NCBI GenBank assembly: GCA_965140445.1
Contig: OZ223236.1
Location: 1,248,001-1,312,000 of the forward strand
Direction: 5' to 3'
DNA: 64,000 nucleotides
DNA from: Candidatus Ozemobacteraceae bacterium
GTDB lineage: Bacteria > Muiribacteriota > Ozemobacteria > Ozemobacterales > Ozemobacteraceae
The notes below the pieces were generated by a model. The model saw only the letters and a program-made list of their open reading frames with translations, was not told the DNA's origin and did no database searches. A program made the translations under genes and the position numbers. Positions 48,001 to 55,904 of this stretch are shown piece after piece; position 1 is the stretch's first letter; each line of letters begins with the position of its first letter.

Positions 48001-48959
48001 ATTCGAGTAGTAATGGTGTTCAGGATTTCATATTCAAAGTGAATTACTCAACTATGGTTACTCCAATCAATTTACGGATGGTAGGTAGTTTCACCTATGG
48101 AATGTCTACTGTCAGTAAAGAAATTGGAGATTTACCATTCCACAAAATCATTGTTTTTGATCACTATGAGATAACAACACCAGATGAAACATCTGGAGTA
48201 GTTAAGGGAGCAACTTTTACTTTCTCAATAAATGCTGTTGATAACTTTGACAATCCAATTGTTTTGGCATCAGCGCCTAACTTTACCTGGGCCCATACTT
48301 ATCCGGCAACTTCACCAACTAATCTTTTTGTTTGGCCTCCAACTGGTGGAATAGCCTTTCCGAATGTATCAACCGTAAATGTAAGTGCTTTTATTGATTA
48401 TGACGATGATTCCATCACCAGTTTTACTTTTACAATTACCCCTGAAGATGGAACGGTCGGCTCGGATAGTGTCAATTTTCCTGTAAAACTTGGCGATCCA
48501 AGAGTTAGCACGGAGCTTTTTGATATTGAACCTTCGCAAAGATATGTTTTAAGTATGTATATAAAGACTTTAGACGGAATCACAACCGGAACAGCAATAG
48601 TTGAAGCCGCTTTGTATCAGGCCGGGGCAACTAAAGTAACAGATGCATACAAGAAACTTGCTGATCTGACCCCTGAAAATTCACCGGCAAGTGGAACTGC
48701 AGCTGCTGGCTATAGCAATGGCTGGCACGGCTGGAAAAGGTATTACTGGTATTTCGATACGGATGTGGACACACCTTTAATTTCAATTCGTCTTGGTTCA
48801 AACGCTGGAGAAGTATTGATTGACGGTATACAGCTTGAAAAAGCAGCAAACCCCGCAGCACCCTTCCCATCAAAGTATAGCCCACACCCTCTTAATATTA
48901 TTCACCCAACAATAGATGGTAGAACTGGTGTCACTGGAGGAGAATACTGGAAAAAATAG
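39027..48959 (+). CDS. Giant secreted surface protein, copy 2, 3310 aa
   Basis: Colinear paralogue of 28827..38759 at +10,200 bp; different signal peptide; GAGGT RBS. Confidence 0.88.
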   Translation: MRNKEIFIIFSVLALFLFFPLTEVLSASKVLTSQADFAAGSVSQLIDADVDGNPKDYLRLINTNPGVDGTPGDKLAPGSGRVFAFKRHIPLTETRGRDRFLEKVQLNIEQISGAKENWGDLRLVNSAGNFVPFRILNFETPVDNPNSYVTLLFEAYASQSAVTDYWLYYGNPNATSVAVDNISPFYLRNHDFEDGSNNWAVCSASTLNANAVVLGLLDGVSILPSGYVGYESKGCLQAYYPEGGNDGTENGKWRAWSQTVTGPTADLYIATAYKKTYSGAYDKRLNTYLRHIQSGADSTTNIPAGVTDWTTQSLEFNTGGTRTFELAAGMYFGTSVDTGWRERGTYIDWIDVQPKYPLEKVLGIKESAGYNAVGSFTSAAIDTGIAAPQFGKITWIANTNSPGTSVYFQTRSGGSLAALNAAPWSANVNVNGADIPSANARYLQVRAFLETTDTAYTPVLDEIEVFFDLPATKLQVLTPANVTAGDYFDFRVTALDNFNATATTFVGNVTMYSVPAGVTFLPNVSYVFQPEDQGTALFQARKTNVGNFEIFATSVGLTDGASGNIVCGPGPVSQLVMVAPPGTVTAGNHFNINIEARDRYGNVDTNANLTLTSYCADPYPASITPAIQLTGGYATLPNTVLFTKPSQTIVLQAPSNGMEVQTSINVNAAATNKLRLAADPDQYQNVPFDLTVDAVDVYGNVTGYGAAYNLSLSAGAIAPNTGTLVSGTKTQSETIDTEGNITVSAVSGAFNGNMGIIVHPQTPAALDTFRVDAGSIQLAGVPFTLTIEALDEFLNLLPGYKGACRLDVSVGSITPEFTTGYSFLDGIMAIPVKVSGASETVVITVYDLKDNTKLGMTYITVQSSTLDHFDVTAPAALTAGASCTFEVRPRDSSGNLLTKYTGTISISNTSTGGDVLCPSIYTFQTSDNGVKTFTATEAARFTKAEVVRLRVEDAGRRGLSDFIEIMAASASPKIEIRPDKFTIELGESLSYNAILTDPYQNPLEGFTGTLNFNYTDPAVSGPANYTYLDFEDGSHRFLNQVRSTQLGSFTIEATEPVSGATTTSPLINVISGDTGNFSIIPSSISISAGDTFLFNITASDTSGNLNVLYNGSVRFSTLDTQAVLPADSTLINGAGAFNATFKTEGVFELSARDTRDPGIVGTMSVTVVASTPSTLELEIQDPDLIVDAGVPFPYLLHVKDAFGNHASYTGNIEVSSKDSHVSADHVTNFVFTNESIKSDNWTLITAGVQDLLATGTVFQDTFSERVVVNAGAPDHIAGDFPNSVYSEFYYPFKVRIEDVYGNPTPSYTDTITPVSSGPSFAREPNNHAFSSGDNGEYVFNLQWDRGTGNPITTNLTFQDSGVLADLTFPVLVDCPRSNNPVGVLANFWLSRPDRRVIASEPFGMTIRASTGRDRLATVSVTVEFDISQGDFWVNDGGGWQKTITLTNESQKSFQAMVTRTGYLAVIAKSQAEPLKTGTVSFVSRPNKMDSLTITADTPQMAGKKFPFVAEWWDVCKNYAEMATETVTLSATSVGPNTLEPTELVPTGWKGKFDASITSGRWTDKKFWASNAESNINHDKLLNEISILGLYDEDFTDGELDNPNWQVMIQQGDNFSEACVGSHSLNGGCLYIETSGDGNLFDDTAQNDYQESDIDDGYYFLYQPWPATDTYDFDARLYVLRYWYDTIKRTNQSMVGIMIRDSSHALEPRYICAQLQNTTNSGDFNMNTTSQVTYRNTPDGAVYRGKNNTSDGNSGTHPKWLRIRRLTATSFEGAQSNDEVVWDNFTSKMPTAVNISLGSPQMLGIAVCADSTVYPGIGWFTKFKVNRYYPQGIYESVIHDVGTSTVTFNQISLLATKPGGTQVVVEVRASNNPAAMGGWTSLGNVTNASINLGALNNRRYFQYRLTLNPNTVAAGVYDATPVVSQVDITYDINPIGHIFEGRETVTLNASTTFPAIDVGTCSVEIKGGDVASLSITVPASCIAGEPFTISVSALDAFGNIADDASGSWSFTTSDGSPYPGVVPQAYILVPVADKGQHTFHKSSILYNGPTATISVTDGNIIATSSPIVVNPGLLKEFGVYADSPQIASTSFEVGVTAYDLYDNVKSDYAGTVTFYDDKTGGSSRYVPSSIAPGDWLGGVATLSPGVSFTKVETVHVSAQGDYRSGTSNPIEINSATSSALMLTVSTTQPEAGVPFSLNVMAVDNFGNQANTYTGTVKFSVTDAHGSVVMPADYNFIPADNGLHLWVNAATLITPGLQTIRVEDSVDPTMFSEVPVVVLPGPIANFKLECSATQTANVPFNLLITAYDAYGNPKTNFSEAVTLSSTFDSILPVTAGGFSNGQLLIPSTEIDHSVLPITGQIDVNYGSAIGTLSVTILPSSAIYDHIFMEAIPDDPSAGDAFKLTIKTVGADGAVFTGYSGVGVDLTASNPFGIEVVPPMSPDEAINFDLGVKEVYARIWEAGTITIWAHDKTLGKVGSLTIEVLPTNLSYFSVIPGTSTTSLYPNVYYQNVGASFPLYLGAYDSIDNLKTDYSGNVTLTHNGTGTYSVASVTFENGVATVPAAFYDDFGRIRITAYDSLLDRKGISNYIYFFGPLAEFNLDYGLHQSDETPFLLTVTAYDTFGQLKLNCMDTTSISNISFTPGSISPVTISPMAPNLVWNNGVSYEWITPDRKDGGVNDATASFRLDSNETAGASGTATFYLRKQGAGADHFIIETYSPQVAGEPFPMLVKAVNSSNQIDTSWTGTVQLTATDTTTGLGYPLVPSVVTINAGDNGVYSNSAMIINNAATYTLSANYGAMNGTFTPFLVKQRPVSKLVLNVPQFAPLNEDFQMTISAYTDSGTLKTDYVPEGPILLKLNATATGILGIQFIDPSEFVGGIATISTQDYNKSQRIFIYANEPYLNKAFIGGPIDVFGIPTKLILQPLDGSSPPVVDPSRDFFWMQFFQVRATVKDSNGFTVANFDEDLYFQMKPGLAPPTAADATIVGGYDMQHFNSSSNGVQDFIFKVNYSTMVTPINLRMVGSFTYGMSTVSKEIGDLPFHKIIVFDHYEITTPDETSGVVKGATFTFSINAVDNFDNPIVLASAPNFTWAHTYPATSPTNLFVWPPTGGIAFPNVSTVNVSAFIDYDDDSITSFTFTITPEDGTVGSDSVNFPVKLGDPRVSTELFDIEPSQRYVLSMYIKTLDGITTGTAIVEAALYQAGATKVTDAYKKLADLTPENSPASGTAAAGYSNGWHGWKRYYWYFDTDVDTPLISIRLGSNAGEVLIDGIQLEKAANPAAPFPSKYSPHPLNIIHPTIDGRTGVTGGEYWKK

Positions 48960-49069
48960 TTTGGATTGCGGTAAATTAAATAAAGTGTATTTTTGTATAG
49001 AAAAGAGAAATCCTAGAGAGAAGAAAAAAAGATGTTTTCCTCGGTAAACGGGGACAGGTAGTAATTGTT

Positions 49070-49795
49070 TTGAATTCAGATAGAAATAAGCAATATTTAG
49101 TGTATTTGGTTTTGATTGTTTTGGTCCTGGGGGGATTATTTTATTTTTTATCAAAAATTATTAAGCCCGAGACCAGGATTTCATTGACCATGTCTGAAGA
49201 AGCTATTTTTGCATTAGCTGATTACAAAGTTAGTGTTTCCGAAGAAAAGATTTTTGAAGAAATGCGTTTAAAATTTCAGGAATTTGGCTTCATGCCCTGC
49301 TATCGAATGGCTTATCAAGAAATCCTGGGAAGATCAATCGACAGGTTTGAACGCAAATTTGCCTACGCAGCTTCTCTTTTAGTGCTTTCGGATAAACCTG
49401 TTAATACCAGAAATAGTAAGAAAAATGCCCTGCGGCTTTTTATCCATTTTGCGCGGCTAAATCTTCTTGATATGAATTTTGCAATCAGGTTCCAGAATTT
49501 TGCCAACAAGTTGATCCCGGCTTTTAATGATCCTGAGCTAAATAAGCTTTGGGAAAATTACTTAAGAAAGGTTTTTGGAAAATTCGCTAAACCAGAAATT
49601 GTCCAGATTGGCAAAATTCCTGAAAAGCTGGATGAATTTTTGAATCTTTCTAAAGGGCTAAAAATGAGCGCAGAAAATCTTATTAAGGCTAAGATAGCTA
49701 CCGACTCTTACCAGTATACCTATGAACTGATTCCCGGAAAATCAGGAGAAGAGGAAAGTGATTTTGTTCTAAAAAAAGTTACTACCGATCGTTAA
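49070..49795 (+). CDS. Hypothetical protein with N-terminal TM helix
   Basis: 241-aa ORF, TTG start, hydrophobic N-terminus. Confidence 0.65.
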   Translation: MNSDRNKQYLVYLVLIVLVLGGLFYFLSKIIKPETRISLTMSEEAIFALADYKVSVSEEKIFEEMRLKFQEFGFMPCYRMAYQEILGRSIDRFERKFAYAASLLVLSDKPVNTRNSKKNALRLFIHFARLNLLDMNFAIRFQNFANKLIPAFNDPELNKLWENYLRKVFGKFAKPEIVQIGKIPEKLDEFLNLSKGLKMSAENLIKAKIATDSYQYTYELIPGKSGEEESDFVLKKVTTDR

Positions 49796-49816
49796 AAAAA
49801 TCTGATTAGCTCCTGA

Positions 49817-50581
49817 CTAAAGAGACCACTTTTTAAGCCCTTTGGCGAATAATTCATTAAGCTCAGGACCGTAGCTCCCATCTTTCATGTGGATAGTTAC
49901 ATTTGGGACCGGTTCATGCTTGCCATTATAAAACTTTTCAGCCTCTATAAGCGCAAGGTGGGATTCTTCGCCTTCTTTTGGAATAACGAACTGGAGTCTT
50001 TTTAAGCCAAGATTGTTATCCTTCAAATAGTTCACAACTTCATAAAAGCGGCTGCTTGGAATTACTAAAAAGAATTTTCCGCTGTAAGAAAGCATATATG
50101 AGGCTGAAGAGACAAAGTCTTCCAGAGTTCCATTCAGCTCATGGCGAGCCATTGCCCTGCCAGGTCTTGATGGTAGTCTGCCATTTCCCTTTGGAAAATA
50201 CGGCGGATTTGAACAGACCATGTCAAAAGATTCTGGCAAAATTCGGGAAGGAATATCTCTAATGTCCATATGTTCAAAGGACAAATCCGAAAAATCTGGA
50301 TTAAGTTTTAAATTCCTTTGTGATAATTCAAAGAAAGATTCCTGAATCTCAAACCCCGTAATTTGCAATTGCGCATGTCTGTATTTGAGCATGAATGACA
50401 ATATGCCGCTGCCCGAGCCCAGTTCAGCAGAAAAATTCATGTCCCGACTGAATTTTATGAAATTGGCTAAAAGCAGAGTATCGATTGCAAAGGCGGTGCC
50501 GTCAATCTTTTGAATGAGGCGGATATCTGTGCCTACAACCGTATCAAGTCGTTCGTCTGTGTCAATAAATGGCTGTTTCAT
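49817..50581 (-). CDS. tRNA1(Val) A37-N6 methyltransferase-like (YfiC/TrmN6 family)
   Basis: FAIDTLLLANF, ELGSGSG, CSNPPYF, ARHE. Confidence 0.85.
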   Translation of the reverse strand: MKQPFIDTDERLDTVVGTDIRLIQKIDGTAFAIDTLLLANFIKFSRDMNFSAELGSGSGILSFMLKYRHAQLQITGFEIQESFFELSQRNLKLNPDFSDLSFEHMDIRDIPSRILPESFDMVCSNPPYFPKGNGRLPSRPGRAMARHELNGTLEDFVSSASYMLSYSGKFFLVIPSSRFYEVVNYLKDNNLGLKRLQFVIPKEGEESHLALIEAEKFYNGKHEPVPNVTIHMKDGSYGPELNELFAKGLKKWSL

Positions 50582-50641
50582 CGGTAGGGAAGTTTATAAC
50601 ACAAGGGGATTTCAGGCAATAACTAAATAATTTTGCAGAAA

Positions 50642-51766
50642 TTAAAATTCAAAAGCTGCTGAGATACTGTATCTTCTGTCTTCCTTGTCGCCTGGACGAT
50701 CGCCAAGCTCTTCCCCATATGTGGCGGCCTGAACCCTTGCGTCTCCCCAGTTAATAGAAATGCCCGCTGTGGGATATCCGCCATTAAAACCTGTCTGCAA
50801 AGAAACGTATTTTGAAAGTTTGGCGTCCATTCCAAGTCTGATCTTTGTCAGTGCTGAACCACCCTCCTGGGAATCAAAATAGTCTGCGGCAAGAGTCAGT
50901 TTGTCATTTCGTTCTGGTGGACCGGTCAATGGCTTAATCGCAAAGCCTAGACCAAACTGTCTTCGCATGTAACCAGCTTCTGCCGAAAATTCAGATTCAA
51001 GAATATTTCCGGCAAAAACGCCAAAGGAGGCTTGCCATGGGTTTGATAACTGCCATACAGCGCCAAGGTCAAAGTCAAAGGCTACTCCAGTATTATTGGC
51101 TTCTTTTACTTTTTCTTCATTCAATGCACCGAAGTCTCTTGAAAAAAAGGAATGATCCCCCGATTTTCTTGAAACAATTTTCAGGGTAGAACCCCACCAG
51201 CCAATAGCTCGATCTTGAAACAGATTTTGCCGTTCATTAAAGGATCTTGCTATTGATCCGGTTAGCATCGTGTCTTTATCAATTCTGCTGGTGAGAATTG
51301 GATTAGTTGGATTTTTAATGCTTAATTCCTCAGTTTCCCCATAATACATTCCTATTCCGAATCCTGTTGAACCAAGATAATAGGCCAGATTGGAAAAGTG
51401 CTGATAGCCAAATTTTCCCATTGAATCAAGAATGTTCTTATTGTTTGCCATTCTTGAAGCATTGGTTTCCGCTGAATTAAGGCTTTCAATGCTGGAATTA
51501 ACCGAATCGTAATCAATATTTCTATTTGCTGTTCCATTCAATAAAGAATAAGCGCTGGATGTTCGTTTTCCGAGGCCTGCAGGATTGCTGAAAAGCGATT
51601 GTTCATCGTCAACGACTGCAATGCATGCGCCGCCCATTCCCAAAGTTTTGGTGTTTTTATAGAAAACAGGCCTGGAAGAAGCGCCATGAAGATAAGGCGT
51701 TAAAAAGACCATAAATAACATTGATAGAGCTACTTTTTTGATTATGCTGAATTTTGAAGTCCTCAT
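50642..51766 (-). CDS. TraF_2/PorV-like outer-membrane beta-barrel protein
   Basis: Signal peptide; LGMGGA..A..DD..SLFSNPAGL; C-terminal aromatic residue (AFEF). Confidence 0.65.
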   Translation of the reverse strand: MRTSKFSIIKKVALSMLFMVFLTPYLHGASSRPVFYKNTKTLGMGGACIAVVDDEQSLFSNPAGLGKRTSSAYSLLNGTANRNIDYDSVNSSIESLNSAETNASRMANNKNILDSMGKFGYQHFSNLAYYLGSTGFGIGMYYGETEELSIKNPTNPILTSRIDKDTMLTGSIARSFNERQNLFQDRAIGWWGSTLKIVSRKSGDHSFFSRDFGALNEEKVKEANNTGVAFDFDLGAVWQLSNPWQASFGVFAGNILESEFSAEAGYMRRQFGLGFAIKPLTGPPERNDKLTLAADYFDSQEGGSALTKIRLGMDAKLSKYVSLQTGFNGGYPTAGISINWGDARVQAATYGEELGDRPGDKEDRRYSISAAFEF

Positions 51767-52605
51767 TATTCTGCACCATCCAGGCTGATAAGCGTCTGTT
51801 TAAAAAGATTAGCGTCTCTGTTGAAGTAGACATTTGCAACTTCAAGTTTGTCGGCGAGATCACCTATTGCAAGAATTGAAGATCTATTGGCCGGGGTGTA
51901 TAAGCCTCGAATTCTGGTTCCCTGAATGGGACTTATCATTAACCAGGAGTCGCCGCGACCTTCAAAGCCCTGTGCCAGGGAAATGAAAGCTACTTCAAGC
52001 GATTGTTCGCCGCTCGTGGCGGTTAAGCGAGAAAATAAGCTTCCCCACAATTCAGTTTTTGAATCGTTTGTATCAAAATCTATCTCATCAAATTTATCCA
52101 GTCGCTTATTGAAATTTGTGTCATATTTCTTTACCAACTGATGGCAAGCGTATGCAGAGGTCAAAATTGCATAAAATGATTTGTCAGAAGCGTTTGGCTG
52201 AGGAATCTTGCTAAGGTCGCTTATTGCTGACTCCACTCTTTTTGGGTCATTTATAAGATTTTGCATGGTAAAAAGAGCCGTAGAGTTGTCCAATGGCCCA
52301 TCAGTTCTGTTTTGTAGGGAATTTAAAGCCGTGGCTAGTCTAAAACCACCAAGTCCTGCATTTGCGTATGCTCGTCCTCGCAAAAGATCGGCGGTGACAT
52401 AGCCTTCATTATAAAGAAGATCATAATCCTCCAGGGCAAGCTCGAAGTTGCCTGCATCAAGTGACAGGCTAGCCTTGGAAAGTCTATCTTCCTGAGATCT
52501 GTCTGTCATATTGCTGTCTATAGCTTCAAATGCATTGCATCCCCCCAACAGCGTTGCTGTTAGAAGTAAAACAAAGGCTAAAAAGCTTTTTTTCGAGGAA
52601 CGCAT
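51766..52605 (-). CDS. Hypothetical lipoprotein with TPR-like N-terminal helices
   Basis: MRSSKK start with GGAG RBS; lipobox LLGGC; coupled to the barrel gene. Confidence 0.7.
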   Translation of the reverse strand: MRSSKKSFLAFVLLLTATLLGGCNAFEAIDSNMTDRSQEDRLSKASLSLDAGNFELALEDYDLLYNEGYVTADLLRGRAYANAGLGGFRLATALNSLQNRTDGPLDNSTALFTMQNLINDPKRVESAISDLSKIPQPNASDKSFYAILTSAYACHQLVKKYDTNFNKRLDKFDEIDFDTNDSKTELWGSLFSRLTATSGEQSLEVAFISLAQGFEGRGDSWLMISPIQGTRIRGLYTPANRSSILAIGDLADKLEVANVYFNRDANLFKQTLISLDGAE

Positions 52606-52821
52606 GAATACTCCATTTAGACTAAATTTCAAATCTCTAATCGGCAGAATTTGAAGAAAGATGAATTTTAAACAGGAAAAAAGAAAAAAAAATCAGCATT
52701 TTAAACACTTAAATATTTGTAAAAGCTGGGTATTTGTTTCCAAAAATAGCTTTTTTGGAGTTATGGCTATATATTTTCAATCAATAACCAAAATTACAAC
52801 AAGCCAAATACGGAAAATTAA

Positions 52822-53427
52822 ATGATTAAACTTGAAGTCGAAAATCTTAGCTTTCTTGGTCGCGGACCATACAATTTCAATATTCCAGAGGGACAAATTC
52901 TGGGAATATTTGGCCCATCTGGTGCCGGAAAATCTCTATTGCTAAGGGCTATCGCGGACTTAGACCCCCATGAAGGTCGGGTTGCGCTTGAAGATAATAG
53001 TTATCTGGATTTTTCTCCCGCTAACTGGCGTCGAAAAGTTGCTTATTTGCCCGCTGAAAGCCGATGGTGGGCCGAAACCGTGGCAGAGCATTTCACTGCA
53101 GACACCAACCTTGAAAATTTATTTAAACGAGGTGGGCTTGAAAAGAACTGTATGGAATTTTCGGTTAGTAGACTTTCTACCGGAGAAAAGCAAAGACTTG
53201 CTATCTTGCGACTCCTGGCTCTTAAGCCCGAAACTTTATTGCTTGATGAGCCAACCGCGAATCTGGACAGGAAAAATGTGGAAATCTATGAAGATCTTTT
53301 AATCAGTCATATTAGCGAAAATAAAGCTTCTGCAATATGGGTTAGCCACGATCAGGAACAGCTAAAAAGAGTTGCGGCCAGAATTTGTTTTATGGAGCAG
53401 GGTGGGAAGCTGGGAGATATGAAATGA
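52822..53427 (+). CDS. fetA: ABC ATP-binding protein (FetA/YbbL-like)
   Basis: GPSGAGKS, LSTGEKQR, LLLDEPT, WVSHD; next to a UPF0014 permease. Confidence 0.8.
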   Translation: MIKLEVENLSFLGRGPYNFNIPEGQILGIFGPSGAGKSLLLRAIADLDPHEGRVALEDNSYLDFSPANWRRKVAYLPAESRWWAETVAEHFTADTNLENLFKRGGLEKNCMEFSVSRLSTGEKQRLAILRLLALKPETLLLDEPTANLDRKNVEIYEDLLISHISENKASAIWVSHDQEQLKRVAARICFMEQGGKLGDMK

Positions 53428-54221
53428 ACATAATTCCTCTTGGCTTTTTTGAATTGGGCATGGCGAGTGTCCTGGTTTTGTTACTCGGAAGTTTGAGTTT
53501 ATTCTTTCGTCTTGGGATAGAAAAAACTCTTTTCATTGCCGCCATAAGAACTACTATTCAGTTATTGCTGGTTGGACTGGTTTTAAAAACTGTTTTTGCC
53601 AGTTCCAGCCTTGGACTGGTGATGTTTATCTGGTTCATAATGTTGATGGCAGCTGGTCGCGAAGTTATTTCAAGGCAAAAAAACAAAATACGTGGATACA
53701 AGGGCTTTGCAATTGGCTCTTCCTCAATGTTTGTTTCTTCTTTTTCAATAATGGTTATTATCCTGACTACCGTAATCAAGGTAGACCCGTGGTATACGCC
53801 CCAATACGCTATCCCAATGCTTGGAATGCTTCTGGGCAATACCATGAATGGTATCGCATTGGGTATGAATAGCTTCACCCAACAGGTTTGTCAGCAGAAA
53901 GAAACAATCGAGCAAAGACTTGCTCTGGGACAGACTTCTAGCGAAGCAATAATCGATATCTGGAAAGAAAGTGTTCGAACTGGAATGATTCCAATTATTA
54001 ATTCTATGGCTGCCGCGGGAATTGTAAGCTTGCCAGGTATGATGACAGGACAGATTCTCGGCGGAAATGATGCTTTTGATGCAGTTAAATACCAGATTCT
54101 GATTATGTTCATGATTTCTTCCGGAACTGGATTTGGAGTAATGCTCAGTCTATGGCTAATCAGGATGAACATTTTTGATGAAAGAGACCGGCTTCGCCTG
54201 AAAGATTTCTTTAAGAATTAG
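53424..54221 (+). CDS. fetB: ABC permease FetB/YbbM (UPF0014)
   Basis: RTTIQLLLVG, PQYAIPMLGMLLGN, GIVSLPGMMTGQILGG, AVKYQI; ATGA overlap. Confidence 0.85.
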   Translation: MNIIPLGFFELGMASVLVLLLGSLSLFFRLGIEKTLFIAAIRTTIQLLLVGLVLKTVFASSSLGLVMFIWFIMLMAAGREVISRQKNKIRGYKGFAIGSSSMFVSSFSIMVIILTTVIKVDPWYTPQYAIPMLGMLLGNTMNGIALGMNSFTQQVCQQKETIEQRLALGQTSSEAIIDIWKESVRTGMIPIINSMAAAGIVSLPGMMTGQILGGNDAFDAVKYQILIMFMISSGTGFGVMLSLWLIRMNIFDERDRLRLKDFFKN

Positions 54222-54358
54222 CTTTTCAACTCATTTAGCCTGAGCAAATTCTCTTAGGCGTGGAGTTGTCAGCATGGTAAAATTGTAAATCATACCTGTG
54301 GGATTTGATTTTAATTTCAATGCTGAGAGCATTTGAGCACTTTTGGAGGCTGGTTTTA

Positions 54359-55069
54359 ATGGCTTTTAAATTTAAACTAATTGTTTTTATCTTGGTTATT
54401 GGATTTTTTTCTTTAAATAGTTCTTATTGTGAAGACAGCTTTTCTGAAAGCAATAGCGATAAGAGTTCCCAGGCTAAAATTAAAAAGTCTGAAAACGAAT
54501 TCAGAAAGCTTTGTAATAAGTATTTATCGGATTTTCGACTTTATAACTCAGATAAGGATCAGATTGAGGAACTTATAGAAAATGATGAGGTGCCCTTGTC
54601 TGAAAAGAAAAAAATCGTTTCTGAGATTCTTTTAAAGAGAGGTATTGCTTCTGATGTAAACTTAAAGTCTCTCAAAAGTCTTGAAGAGTTTGAACAGGAG
54701 GGGGAACCATACTTTGTTTGGAACAAAATAAAGGAAAATCCTGAGCTAACCGATGAGGACCTGGAAGAGATTGAAGAAGTCATGGATGATCCCGATTCAA
54801 CAAGAAGTGAACGGATCAGTGTCATTAAAAGGGTAGCTTTAAATCGGGGCATAAAATGTGATGGAATTGCTCCTGATAAGAAGTTACAAAAAACCAAATT
54901 AAGTATGAAGCCCGAATATTTATGGGCCAGAGCCAAGGAAAACATTCGATTATTTCAATCAGATAAAGAAAATATCGTTAAGATTTTAAGTAATCTGGAA
55001 CTTGATGACTCTGAAAAGTGTTCACAAATAAAAGTGATTCTAGATAAGAGAGGAATCGCTTTAGAGTAA
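54359..55069 (+). CDS. Hypothetical secreted protein with three internal helical repeats
   Basis: GGAGG RBS before ATG 54359; signal peptide; three units each ending L(K/N)RGI. Confidence 0.7.
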   Translation: MAFKFKLIVFILVIGFFSLNSSYCEDSFSESNSDKSSQAKIKKSENEFRKLCNKYLSDFRLYNSDKDQIEELIENDEVPLSEKKKIVSEILLKRGIASDVNLKSLKSLEEFEQEGEPYFVWNKIKENPELTDEDLEEIEEVMDDPDSTRSERISVIKRVALNRGIKCDGIAPDKKLQKTKLSMKPEYLWARAKENIRLFQSDKENIVKILSNLELDDSEKCSQIKVILDKRGIALE

Positions 55070-55101
55070 TTAGGAAAGTAAGATTGCAATTAGGAGAAGG
55101 A

Positions 55102-55899
55102 ATGATGAAGGCTGGTTTCTTGCAGTTTGCCCCCTGTTTGATGGATCAAAATAAGACAATTTCTAATCTTGAAACTCTATTTTCACAAGACTTTGAAGCG
55201 GATTTGCTTGTTTTACCTGAACTTTGCAATTCTGGTTATAATTTTCCAAACAGAGAAGAGGCCTTTGCTTGTGCAGAAACAAGCGATAAAAGTGAATTTA
55301 TAGACTTTTTGGTTTCAGTTGCCCAGAAAAAGAATTGCTTTATTTCCTCTGGTTTTCATGAAAAAGATGGAGATAAGCTTTTTAATTCATCTGTGCTGGT
55401 AGGGCCCAAAGGCCTGGTTGGCAAATACCGAAAGCTGCATTTGTTTCTAAACGAGAAAGATATTTTTGAACCGGGAGACCTGGGATTGCCCGTTTTTGAA
55501 ACCGAGATCGGCAAAATAGGTATGCTGGTTTGTTTTGACTGGATTTTTCCAGAAACATGGCGAATCTTGGCTCTGAAGGGCGCTGAGATTATTTGTCATA
55601 CCTCTAACCTCGTTCTCCCAGGATTTGCGCAAAAAGCAGTTCCGGTTCAAGCTTTAATGAATAGAGTTTTTGCGATTACTGCGAATAGAATTGGCACTGA
55701 AGGAAATCTCACCTTTACTGGCATGTCTACAATAGCTTCTCCAAAAGGTGATGTTATTTATCAGGCAAAGCCCGACCAGAACGAATTGAAGGTCGTTGAG
55801 ATTGATTTGGCTGAATCACATAATAAATTCATGACTCCGCGAAATAATGTATTTGAAGATAGGCGAGTTGAATTTTTCGATGAAATATTAAAAAAATAG
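55102..55899 (+). CDS. Nitrilase / carbon-nitrogen hydrolase
   Basis: VLPEL, YRKLHL, VCFDW (E-K-C triad). Confidence 0.92.
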   Translation: MMKAGFLQFAPCLMDQNKTISNLETLFSQDFEADLLVLPELCNSGYNFPNREEAFACAETSDKSEFIDFLVSVAQKKNCFISSGFHEKDGDKLFNSSVLVGPKGLVGKYRKLHLFLNEKDIFEPGDLGLPVFETEIGKIGMLVCFDWIFPETWRILALKGAEIICHTSNLVLPGFAQKAVPVQALMNRVFAITANRIGTEGNLTFTGMSTIASPKGDVIYQAKPDQNELKVVEIDLAESHNKFMTPRNNVFEDRRVEFFDEILKK

Positions 55900-55904
55900 A
55901 GCTT

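Noticed and set aside
28827..48959. Duplication as a pure assembly artefact
   Set aside because: Extensive synonymous divergence, distinct signal peptides and a unique intergenic spacer argue for real paralogues, though long reads are needed for certainty
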